Shown piece after piece: positions 1 through 9,780 of a DNA stretch of 34,868 nucleotides. Below the pieces are notes generated by a model, which searched no databases, had not been told where the DNA came from, and saw only the letters and a program-made list of their open reading frames with translations. This DNA comes from Thraustochytrium aureum (lineage: Eukaryota). Position 1 is the stretch's first letter. The number at the start of each line of letters is the position of its first letter. The stretch covers positions 133,859-168,726 of the forward strand of contig BLSG01000213.1 in assembly GCA_012862495.1 (NCBI GenBank). The letters are read 5' to 3'. A program made the translations under genes and the position numbers.

Positions 1-2
1 AG

Positions 3-2065
3 AGGCAACGCTGGTCTAGAGCTGCTGGCGTCGCCGTTGCTCTGGGTCTGCTGGCGCTGTGGACGGTCGGCGTGGTCAAGGTGTACGATAGACTTGGCAA
101 GGGAAGCCAGCGGCTTCGTGAGCCGCGAACGCAGCCCTCGGAGGCGCTGGCGACGGAGACGGAGGACGAGCTGGAGGAGCTGGACCGGCGAGTGGCGGCG
201 CAAGCCCATGTGCCGGACTTTGGCCGCGACGGGCCTGAGTCGCAAGAAGGTAACCACGCCGCGGTCCAAGACAGCTGGAGTGATGCAGATGGTGATGGTG
301 GCGCCCGCGACGACGACAGTTCTGCGCATGCAGAAAGGAAAGCGCAGGCGCCCGACTCCAGGTCGTGGACATGGGTCGATGATGGCGTCGCAAGCCTCAT
401 GTCAGCAGAGGACGACGAAGGCGAGGACGGCGCCGTGCACGAGTTGGAGAACAGCGACGAAAGACAGTGGGGCGGTGAGCAGCCAAAGGCTGCAGAGCAT
501 GCGCGAGGCGAGGCCTTTGAGTCGATGCTGAGCGTCTTGCGGCACATGAAGAAGCAGGTCAACTGGGCGAGTGTGGACGGGCGCGGGCGGAACAAAGGCA
601 AGGCAAAGGAAGCGGTTGTCATCGGCACTGCTAGCATCATCAAGCGGGACTTTAGCGCCATCTCGCAGGCGTACGAAGAGCTTGGCGTACGTGTCGAGAA
701 GGCCTCACACTTGAGCGCGGCAGTGGCGCGCGGCCGCATGGACGGCAATCTGCGGTCGGTGCGCGGCCGAGAGTGGGGCGTGATTCTTTGCCTCAGCCTC
801 AAGACAGACAAATGCATGTCGCTCGAGGACTTTGAGCGACTCGAAGCAGACCAAGGCGCATATTCAAGAGTAAACCGCCTTGCGGCGTTGCAGGAGGTGC
901 TCTGGTCCAAGGACAGCTATTGCGGCACGGCGCAGAGGAGCGGCCGCTGGCTTGCCGCTTATACGTTTCCGTGCTGGGTGCTGCCGGCAGACGAGGACAT
1001 CCTTTCGGCCAAGCTGCGCCAGATGCGCGCCGCTGGTTTGCAGTCCTCTTGGATCGTCAAGCCTTACAAGCAGGGTGGGGGCAAGGGCATCTTTGTGTTG
1101 GACACGCTGGACGAGGTGGACAACCTTTTGACACGTGGACGCAAGGTGGTCTTGCAGCCGTACCTCTCCCGGCCGCACCTCCTGGAGCGGCGCAAGTGGG
1201 ACCTGCGCACATATGTGCTTGTAACGGCCGCCACGCCGATTGCGCGCGCCTACGTTACCGGGACGGTCTCGTGCGCCTCGCCACAGAGGACTACGACCCC
1301 GCCGCAAGGCACGGCGGCAACAAGACGCAATTCCTCACCAACACGTCGGTCAATAAGAAAAAGGTCGCCGACATGTCGCAGCTGACCTGGTCCTTCGCCC
1401 GCCTCGAGGAGCACCTCGGACCTGCCCGCTTCCGGCTGCTGTTTGCGCGGATCCAGCGTGCGCTTGGCATGCTCATGGTTACGGCGGAGGGCGCCTTTGC
1501 GGCCGAGTACGCCAAGCTGAGCCCTGCGTTCACGTGCTCCAACTGCTACCACCTGCTGGGGGTGGACCTGATCGTTGACGAAGATCTCGTCCCTCGCGTC
1601 ATCGAGGTGAACGGCGAGCCGTCCATGCTGCTCTCCGGGGAGTCGCAATCCCACTACGACTCCACCAAGAGCAACATGCAAAAGGAAGTAGCGCGAATCG
1701 CGCTCAAGGGGATGCCCCGCGTGGCTGGGCGCCTCGTCGCCGACATGCGACGCGCGGCGCTTAGCGCGGAAGACCTTGCCTGGATCCTTTCGCAAGAGCG
1801 TGTGCTTTTGTATTTGCTTCAGCTGCGACGGGAGGCGGCGTCTGTGTCGCAGTTCGCGCCGGTGTACCCCGACCTGGGCATGTGCATCAGCGAGGGCCGC
1901 CGCGAGCTGTGGCGAGCCTTTGTTGCTGACCTCTACTTGGACGAGTCTGAACCAATCGGGTTTTCGAGACGGCGGGCTCACAAGGTCTTGGAGACCTTGG
2001 TGTGCCGCGTGTTTGCGGAGGGAGGGCGCTCTGAGCCAAGCCAGGGCCGGGGCGCTGCACTCTAG
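3..2065 (+). CDS. Tubulin-tyrosine-ligase-like (TTL/TTLL) ATP-grasp protein, 5'-partial, with N-terminal hydrophobic anchor; one apparent -1 frameshift at ~1255
   Basis: Frame of ORF 72..1385 is open from base 3 (RQRWSRAAGVAVALGLLALWTVGVVKVY) and holds WIVKP..GGGKGI and QPYLSRPHLLERRKWDLRTYVLVT. ORF 920..2065 continues with YRDGLVRLAT, FLTNTSVNK and LLGVDLIVD..PRVIEVNGEPS. Adding one base in tacgt|tac (1251-1258) gives YVYRDGLVR. Confidence 0.85.
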
Positions 2066-2611
2066 CAGCTCCAGAGAGCCCTCTTCGCTACTCTAGACTA
2101 GCTGGAGAGAGCGAGCGCTCGTCGAGAAGGTGGCCTTTGCGCTTGGGCTCTCTCTCCGCCAGCTTTAGGAGGCCTTGATCACGAGAGAGAAAGCGAGAGA
2201 GAAGGTCTGGTGCCGCCAAATGGCAAGCGGCGGCGCAGAGCAGAGGAGTCTGGTTTTCGTCAAGGGCTCGGCGGGCGCGAAGCAGATTCGGTCTTGTACA
2301 GTAGTTTTGCACACGTTGTCTTCTGGAATTCCCAAGCAAGTCGCAACACAAAGCAAAAAGAGGGTAAAGGTGGTTGGGTCCTTCCGGCGTCCATTCGCCT
2401 CGCGCCCGGCAGGCCCGCAAGTAGATACACGTTGTGCGTCGCTTCAGACCGGCACGCCAACTGGCCGATTCCTTACCGCTGCAAGTGGCCCGCCTCCCTG
2501 CCCACGCCTTTACGGCCGTGGGCGCCTCGCGCAGCGCCTCGTCGAGGCGCTCGGGTCCCGAAAGGAAAAAAAACGTAACTGCACCAACAACAGGCCGTGT
2601 GCGCCAAAATA

Positions 2612-3757
2612 TCAAATGCCAAGCTTTGCAATGGCAAGCGTGCCCTGCGCCCTCCGCGCCTCGATCGCGCTGAGCGCGTCCCCGTGAAACGCGGTCATCT
2701 CCATCCAGATGAGCTCTTGCAACATCTGCTTGCTGAGTTCGTCCGTCTCGTTTTCAAACTCAAAGGGCCGCGAGCACTCTGGCTCGTCCTCGGGATTGGC
2801 AAGCGAGGCCATGTACGGGTGCGCCAGCGCCTCAACAACGGTAATCCGCCTGGCCGGGTTGAAGACCAGCATCTTCTCCAGCAAGTCGACCGCATGCGGG
2901 TTGGCGCGCGGGTACAGGGTGGCGAAGGGCGTGCGCGGCTTGAATTCCTGGCCGCGCATGAACCGCTTAGCCTTCTCTGATTTCACAAAGGCGAGGTCCT
3001 CCTCGGTAGGCGTTCCGAGGCACTCGTTGATGAGCGTGAGCTGGTGGATGTAGTCTTCTCCGGGAAACATGGGCTTGCGCCCAAGGAGCTCGCCAAGGAT
3101 GCACCCCACGGACCACACGTCAATAGCGTACGTGTATTCCTTGCACGAGAGCATGATCTCGGGGGCGCGGTACCAGCGCGTGACCACGTACTCGGTCAGC
3201 GCCAGCTTTTCCTCCTCGTCGTTCTGGATGACGCCGCGCGCGAGGCCAAAGTCGCACACTTTCAGGTCGCAGTTCGAGTTGAGCAAGAGGTTGGAGGGCT
3301 TGAGGTCGCGGTGCAGGACGCCGGCGCTGTGCATGTACTTGAGCGAGCGCAGCATCTGGTACACAAAGTACTGGACGTGCTCGTCGCTCAGCTTTTGCTT
3401 CGAGTAGATAATCCGGTGCAGGTCGGTCTCCATCAGGTCCGAGATGATGTAGACGTCCTCGAACGCGTCGAGGCTGGGCGGCTTGAGGATGTCCTTGAGC
3501 GCGATCACGTTTTCGTGGTCAAAGTGCCGCAACAGCTTGATCTCGCGCAGGATCCTCTTGGCGTCGATCAGGTCGTCGAACGCGCGCGGCACCTTCTTGA
3601 TCGCCACCTTTTCATTCGTCCTGTGGTCCAGCGCCGAGACCACAACGCCGTACGCGCCGTGCCCAATCGGTTTAATCAGCTCGTACCGTCTGTCCACCTC
3701 AAACTTGGTCCCGCTCACCACAAACGAGTGCGTCCCTTCCAGCGCATCCCCCGACAT
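2612..3757 (-). CDS. Mitogen-activated protein kinase (TEY activation loop), 381 aa, intronless
   Basis: IGHGAYGVV, VAIKK, AKRILREIKLLRH, HRDLKPSNLL, DFGLAR, TEYVVTRWYRAPE and an acidic CD-like docking motif (NPEDEP). First ATG at 3757 (MSGDALEG); the longer ORF extension is low complexity with no ATG. Confidence 0.96.
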   Translation of the reverse strand: MSGDALEGTHSFVVSGTKFEVDRRYELIKPIGHGAYGVVVSALDHRTNEKVAIKKVPRAFDDLIDAKRILREIKLLRHFDHENVIALKDILKPPSLDAFEDVYIISDLMETDLHRIIYSKQKLSDEHVQYFVYQMLRSLKYMHSAGVLHRDLKPSNLLLNSNCDLKVCDFGLARGVIQNDEEEKLALTEYVVTRWYRAPEIMLSCKEYTYAIDVWSVGCILGELLGRKPMFPGEDYIHQLTLINECLGTPTEEDLAFVKSEKAKRFMRGQEFKPRTPFATLYPRANPHAVDLLEKMLVFNPARRITVVEALAHPYMASLANPEDEPECSRPFEFENETDELSKQMLQELIWMEMTAFHGDALSAIEARRAQGTLAIAKLGI

Positions 3758-4110
3758 GCTTGCTCCCGCGCGCCGCCGCCCTGCTCCACGTCCCGCCTCG
3801 CAGCCCCAACGGCGGCCGCCGCGCGTCCAACCGCAAGCACTTCCAGGCAGTCTTCGCTCCTCCTCGTCCGTCTGCCAACCGTCGTTTCCCGGTGCCGGCC
3901 TCCCTCTTTCCCTCCTCGCTTGCGAGCCTGCGTGCGCGCCTGCGTGCCTGCGCGCGTGATTGCCTGCGCGATTGCCTGCGCGATTGCTTGCTTGCGTGCT
4001 TGCAAGGACGCCTCCGACGGCCGCTGGCGCCGGTGCTATTCGGCTCTGCTCTCCTTCTGTTCGCTCCGTGGCCCTCCTGCTGCTCCGCGTGTCCCACGGT
4101 CCGCAACCCA

Positions 4111-4235
4111 ACCCTGACCCGACCTAACCCAAGAGCCGCTCGCCGAACCTAACTAACCCTGGGAGACCCTAGTCCGCCCTAACTAACCCTGGCCGACCCT
4201 AACTGACCCGGGGACCAGGGCTGAACCTAACTGAC
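4111..4235. repeat. Degenerate telomere-like (CCCTAA / CTAACCCT) repeat cluster
   Basis: cctaactaaccctgg occurs twice (4148-4162, 4178-4192), with variants gacctaaccc, gaccctag, ccctaactgacccgg and acctaactgac. Confidence 0.6.
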
Positions 4236-4270
4236 ACGTGAGAGCTTGACTGAACGATGAGGGCCGTGGT

Positions 4271-4310
4271 CCTGCCTGCCTGTCTGCCTGCCTGCCTGCC
4301 TGTCTGCCTG
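4271..4310. repeat. (CCTG)n microsatellite, imperfect
   Basis: cctgcctgcctgtctgcctgcctgcctgcctgtctgcctg. Confidence 0.85.
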
Positions 4311-4367
4311 TGTTTGTGCCTGGTCGTGCGTGCTCCTCGGCCGAGGTTGGGCGTGCTCCTGGGCAAT

Positions 4368-4432
4368 GGTCGCGCTCGTCGGCGGAGGTCGTGCGCTCGT
4401 CGGCAGAGGTCGTGCGCTCGTGCCGCGGTCGT
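4368..4432. repeat. ~21-bp minisatellite, about 3 copies
   Basis: ggtcgtgcgctcgtcggc(g/a)ga repeated in tandem. Confidence 0.75.
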
Positions 4433-5352
4433 GCTTTGCTCTGGTGGCGAGCACGGATGGAGCGGTCGATGGTGCGGCCCGCAGATGGCACAGTGTTGGA
4501 TAGGAGACTGCCGGCCTGCCGATGGTACTAGCACTCGACCTGCCGATACGTAGCTGCTGTTGCGATGAAGATTGTAAATGTCGGCAAGCGGGACTGGTTG
4601 GCTGCTGNNNNNNNNNNNNNNNNNNNNNNNNNNNNNNNNNNNNNNNNNNNNNNNNNNNNNNNNNNNNNNNNNNNNNNNNNNNNNNNNNNNNNNNNNNNNN
4701 NNNNNNNNNNNNNNNNNNNNNNNNNNNNNNNNNNNNNNNNNNNNNNNNNNNNNNNNNNNNNNNNNNNNNNNNNNNNNNNNNNNNNNNNNNNNNNNNNNNN
4801 NNNNNNNNNNNNNNNNNNNNNNNNNNNNNNNNNNNNNNNCCTCTACGTTCCCGGGATGGCAAGCGGGCGTTCGCCTCTTCCTTTCCTGTTCTGCACTCCT
4901 CGTGGTCCTTCGCGGTGCCCCCGCCCAGTCCAACACAAACCACTGAGAATACAACGGACATGCTTCGGTGCAATCGGCACAACCCCACGCAACTCGAGCG
5001 ATCCGTTGAGTGTCGTTTGTGTGCAGCAGCGAGCAGCTGCGGACACTCGGGCCGCCGGCGCCACGGGCTACACCGGCGCCACCAGTACTTCGGGCTTTGG
5101 CCACCAGCGCCGCCGCCGCCACCACGAACGAGCGCAAAACTCACCCTCGCCGCGAGTTGGTCGACGCCGGTGGTGACACCAGCGTGCAGACCTGGGCTCA
5201 AAGCGTGCTCTCGACGGCGCCGGGGTGCGACGGGCGAGAAGAAAGGGCGTGCGGATCGGATCGCACTGCGATTCACCGCGGCGACGGGCTTCGGCGCATG
5301 CGGGTTTGCTGGGAATAGGGCTTTCGCGGCCGAAGGAAAGGACGCCGACGAA

Positions 5353-8300
5353 ATGGCAGCAGTCGGCGCCCAAGTCGAAGAACACGGCCCCAGCGACGAC
5401 GACGGAACGGTTGTCGTGGGGGCAATGTCAGCAGAGAGCTTGCGAGTTCTCCTCCAACCACTCGACGCGAGGTCGAATGAGGCTTCTGCAAGGCCAGCGA
5501 CGGCCGCTGACAAGACCCTTCGCAAATCCAGCACGCCAAAAGCGCAGTCCGCGAGGAAACGAAGCAGCCCACGAATGGGGGCGTTCGAGCAGCGCGGCAT
5601 AACAGGCGAGCGTCCGCGTACGGCTTCAGACAAAGCGGCATCCAATCGAGAGGCCCTGACGCGCGCTTTTCTGCGGAGGCCAAACCCGCACAAAGAGCTT
5701 CTCGTCAAAGAGAAGGCGACCGAGCTCTACAACCAACTTGTGATGAAGGAGAGCAGAATCAAGCAGCTCGAGCAGCAACTCCGTGAAGCGCGCTTGCGCT
5801 CGGGCTCACGCGTCCCGGGCTCCGAACTACCGGCCGCCGCGGGGGCAGCAGCCGTCTCTCAAACCGCAAGCACACACCAGGACCCCGTTGCAAGTCTCGC
5901 CGAGGTGGTCGGCGCAGCTACACTCCGCGCCAGGGACTGCGACGCGAGCCAGGCTGAACGCGAAATGGCGCGCATTGTGCAAACAACCCACAAAGCTATC
6001 ACCAAGCTGCGCCAAGAACGGATTGAACTGGACAAGCAAATGTCGCTGGCGGCCAAAGCAAAGCGCAAGGCAAGAGAGGCTGTTCGGCAACTCGACGCCG
6101 CGCAAAAGGGCGAAAAGGCACACAGGCAGCACGCCGCCAAGCTTGCAGAGAGCCTCGCCCGATCGGAGAGCGATGCGCAAACCAAGACCCGGCATGTGCA
6201 AGAGTTGCTCCTTCGCGAAGGCAAGCTGAGAAAGGCGCTCGTAGGCATCGGCAAAGAGTATGCCGGGGATCAGAGAGACCACCAAACGAACGAGAAGGCA
6301 TCCCTCGGCGACAACCGAAAACGGCCCAAGGTGCAACTCTGCGCGTCCAGCAACAGGTCGGGGGAGGATTCCTTTCGGAGCGCCTTCCTCGTCCTGAGCA
6401 AGGACTTGGAGCGCACCGCGAAGGCCCTGGAAAAGTCTCGGGCAGATCATGCCGAAACCCGCGCTCAGCTCCAAAAGGTAAGCCAGCACCTTGGAGTTCT
6501 CCAAAATCGCTCCCGTGTCACGCGTGCCAACGTTGGCATGTTTGCCAAGTCCATTCAGCGCGACACTGGGCAGGGCGCTGCAGAGACGGACGGCAGAGAC
6601 GACGCAGAGCCTCGACGCCGCCATCGCCGCAGCACGCTGGTTGGCCAGCTCTTCCTCAAACCAGACGAGGGCACCGCTGAGGACGAGCCTAAGCAAGGAG
6701 AGGCCTTCGCGAATTGCGACGACGAACCGGAAGCTGAAGGTTTTGCCTCCGGCTCAGACTCTGGTTCGGATACAGACGCGCCCATTGCAACGGGAAAAGC
6801 AAAGCCGATGCCTGCCCTCCTCGGCGTTTTCCCGCAAGCCTCAACGAGGACCCATCCGAAGAGCGGGCTGCCGGTTCACGTTGATATGCACAGCCTCAAG
6901 GCCTTCGACAGAATTATTCAAGCGGCGGAGATGGAGGAAGAAGAGTCCAACCAGGCTGGGCTTGAAGAGGGCGCCGAGCTGGAGCGGTCCAGGCGGCATT
7001 TGCGCCAGATGCGCTCGTTGCTCGAGGCCATCAAGCACCTCTACCTGAGCGACCGCCTCCAGATGGATGCATTGGGGGTCGCTTTGACGAGGGAGACGCC
7101 CTGGGGATGCAAAAGGCGCTTGCCGTCTCCGAGGAAACCCTCGTAAACCTCGTGTCAAAGTACGGCACCACGTCGTGCGGCTCGCAGTCCGTGAGGCTTT
7201 NNNNNNNNNNNNNNNNNNNNNNNNNNNNNNNNNNNNNNNNNNNNNNNNNNNNNNNNNNNNNNNNNNNNNNNNNNNNNNNNNNNNNNNNNNNNNNNNNNNN
7301 NNNNNNNNNNNNNNNNNNNNNNNNNNNNNNNNNNNNNNNNNNNNNNNNNNNNNNNNNNNNNNNNNNNNNNNNNNNNNNNNNNNNNNNNNNNNNNNNNNNN
7401 NNNNNGCTTTTCATCCTCGACACGGACAAGGGGCTGCTGTGGACGCGCTCTCGATCAACCCAGACCGTAATCAACGTCTCCACCCATCGCGACGTGCGCG
7501 CTGGGACCGTGTCGGACCCGACGGAGAGCGATGTTGTCGCGTATTGCTTCCGACAGCAAGAGTCGGTTCACATTGACCCCGCCGTTCTCGGTGACTTGGG
7601 CCTCCAGTACAACATGCTCGCAGTTCCCGTCTTTGGGAGCCTGCGCGAGGACGCAACCAGCGCGCGCGCAGTTGTTGGCGTCGTCGTCGCCTCAAACAAG
7701 CTTGGTGATAAAGCGAACAGGAAGGCTGGCCGGGCCGCCATGAGAATCCCCAACAGAGCTAGTGCAGGCCGCCAGTGCCCGTTCACAGAGTATGACGAGG
7801 CGATCTTGTCGATATTGGCAGACCACATTGGCGGCGTGCTCCGCAATATCCACTTTGAGCGCTCGCGGCTCCTCAAGCGACGATTCAAGCATGCGGTATT
7901 GAGCCTTCCGAGGACGCTGCACATGGATCTGACCTGCTCTGATGCTCCCCTTGCGCTTTTGCGGCGCCTCCGCGACGTTTCAAAGCAGCTCGTATTTGGC
8001 AGCCAGGCAAGGGTGTTTCTGGTTGACTTGCGCCGCCCGGCGCACCAGATGTGGACCGTTTTGCTCGACAGCCAGCCTGGGGAGGTCAACGCGACAACTA
8101 AAGTGTCCCACTACGATGTGGTCCCCGACGCAAGTATCGCCGCAACATGCATAGCCACAGGGACGGCGCTCGCAATTCCCGATGTCTATCGCCACGCAAG
8201 CTTCAATGCCAACGTCGACCTTCGCAGCGAGGTTTATCGCGGGGGCTCGCTTGTTTGTGTACCGCTCCTCATCCCCAAAACTGGCAACTCGTTTGCTGAG

Positions 8301-8702
8301 CGCTACGGCATCCTTTCGGGCAACGAGCGACTTCAAGGGGCCTGGGAAGCCAATGCGGAGAGCATTGTGCTCGGGTGCGTTCAGGTGGGCTTTTCCGGCG
8401 TGGCGGCCTCGTCCACGGTGACTGATCGCCAGGGGGGTGCCGTGCGCTCGACTAGCTCGGTCGTTGACGCTTGCGCAGTGCTGGAGGATCTTCTCGCGGT
8501 TGCTGCACCGTGGGTGGACACGATGTGGCAGGTTTTGCTTGCCGACGAGCCATGCCTGGGGCCAGATCGCGGCGCCGTTGCCCCCGTCGGGGCTTTTGTT
8601 TCGCAGCACAGAGAGATTGAGAAGCTTCGTGCCGAAAACGCTCGACAAGCTAAGCAGCTCGAAGAACTGCACGCGCGACTCGCGCGCGCGAACTTGGGTT
8701 AG
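5353..8702 (+). CDS. Long coiled-coil protein with two C-terminal GAF domains and no catalytic domain; apparent frameshift at ~7075; spans gap 7201-7405
   Basis: The N-terminal part is heptad-rich (ORF 4522..7146, ATG 5353 chosen, start uncertain). ORF 7107..8702 has GAF hallmarks: VRLFILDTDKGLLWT, NMLAVPV, VVGVVVASNK...PFTEYDEAIL (NKFDE motif). The second GAF has ARVFLVD, IPDVYRHASFNANVD, SLVCVPL, VLGCVQV. One extra G in the G5 run (7074-7078) joins the frames. Confidence 0.75.
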
Positions 8703-9780
8703 TAGAAGAAGTAGAGTAAATCGCCCACGCTCTCTGTTCAATCAAAGCAATTGTAGTCAGTCAGTCCACCTGCTTTCAACTGAAAGCCAAAGCAGTTGGC
8801 GCGGTAAGACTGAGGAGCAGGCGCGGCCAACTCGAGGCTGGCCTGATAGGTCATGTCGCTGAGGTTGGATGATCAACGCCACGACGATCCAGTCGACACA
8901 CGTTCCTGCTCGATCGATCGCGTTTCAGGTGAACAAAGCGAGCCTCGTTCGGAGTCGTTCCGCAAGGAGTAAAGAACAACGGAATGGATGGATGCGTTAG
9001 GACCGTTGGCCAAAAACGGACAATTCCACGTGACAACACCTAAATCTCCTGGCTGGATGTGCCCCAGCCAGGAGAAGTGCCTGCAAGCACGGGCAGCGAG
9101 CTTGACAGCGGGCGACTCAGCGACGAAAAGCTAAAGGGCACTACCTGTTAGACAAAGATTGCTCGTGGTTGGGCAGGCTTTCGCAGCCCTTCTCAGCGAT
9201 TCCGTCTGCGCCCCTGTTCTCGCCACTCGATTGAACTTGTCGTCTGTCCTCCGCTCCAGCTCCAGCTCTAGAGAGTGTGACGGTCCACGAGGAAGCAAAC
9301 ACGAGCAGAGCGCCACCCGGCACACAGAGCAGCAGCTGGCTGGCAAAGTGCATCGGCCTCGCACCGCACGGCGAGAGGACTGCGATACGTCCAAAGGGCC
9401 CACGCGCGGGAGGCAACGCGTGTGAAGCCGGCCTAGCGACGCAACAGCAGCGACAGAGGCTACGGCAGCCTGCCGGGAGAGGTACGGCTACGTGCTGGGC
9501 TGTAGGCACGACGGCTGGTCGGCCAGGCTGTGTGTGCGCGCCGAGGCCTTGCGCTCGCGCGGGCGCGCGGATGCGAACGGAGCCAACCCCGCCACTGCTG
9601 TGCGGTTCGCTTCGATTTCCTGTTCGCTCCAAGTGCAGGACCAAAAGGGGGTTGAGCAAGGTGTCGCTGAACTGAGTCTGCCAGGTTTGCTCGTAGCCAG
9701 CCAGAAGGCGTGGGGCCGGGCCGTGGCGGGCCCGGCAGTGTCGGTACAGACATAAAGCCCAACGACCCATCTGACACACG

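Noticed and set aside
3044..4117. 357-aa plus-strand ORF and similar long antisense ORFs (e.g. 12280-13314, 5827-6696, 25851-26783)
   Set aside because: Antisense shadows of real genes, expected in GC-rich coding DNA; no motifs.
4199..5352. Long ORFs spanning gap 4608-4839
   Set aside because: Length inflated by Ns and low-complexity sequence; no recognisable protein.
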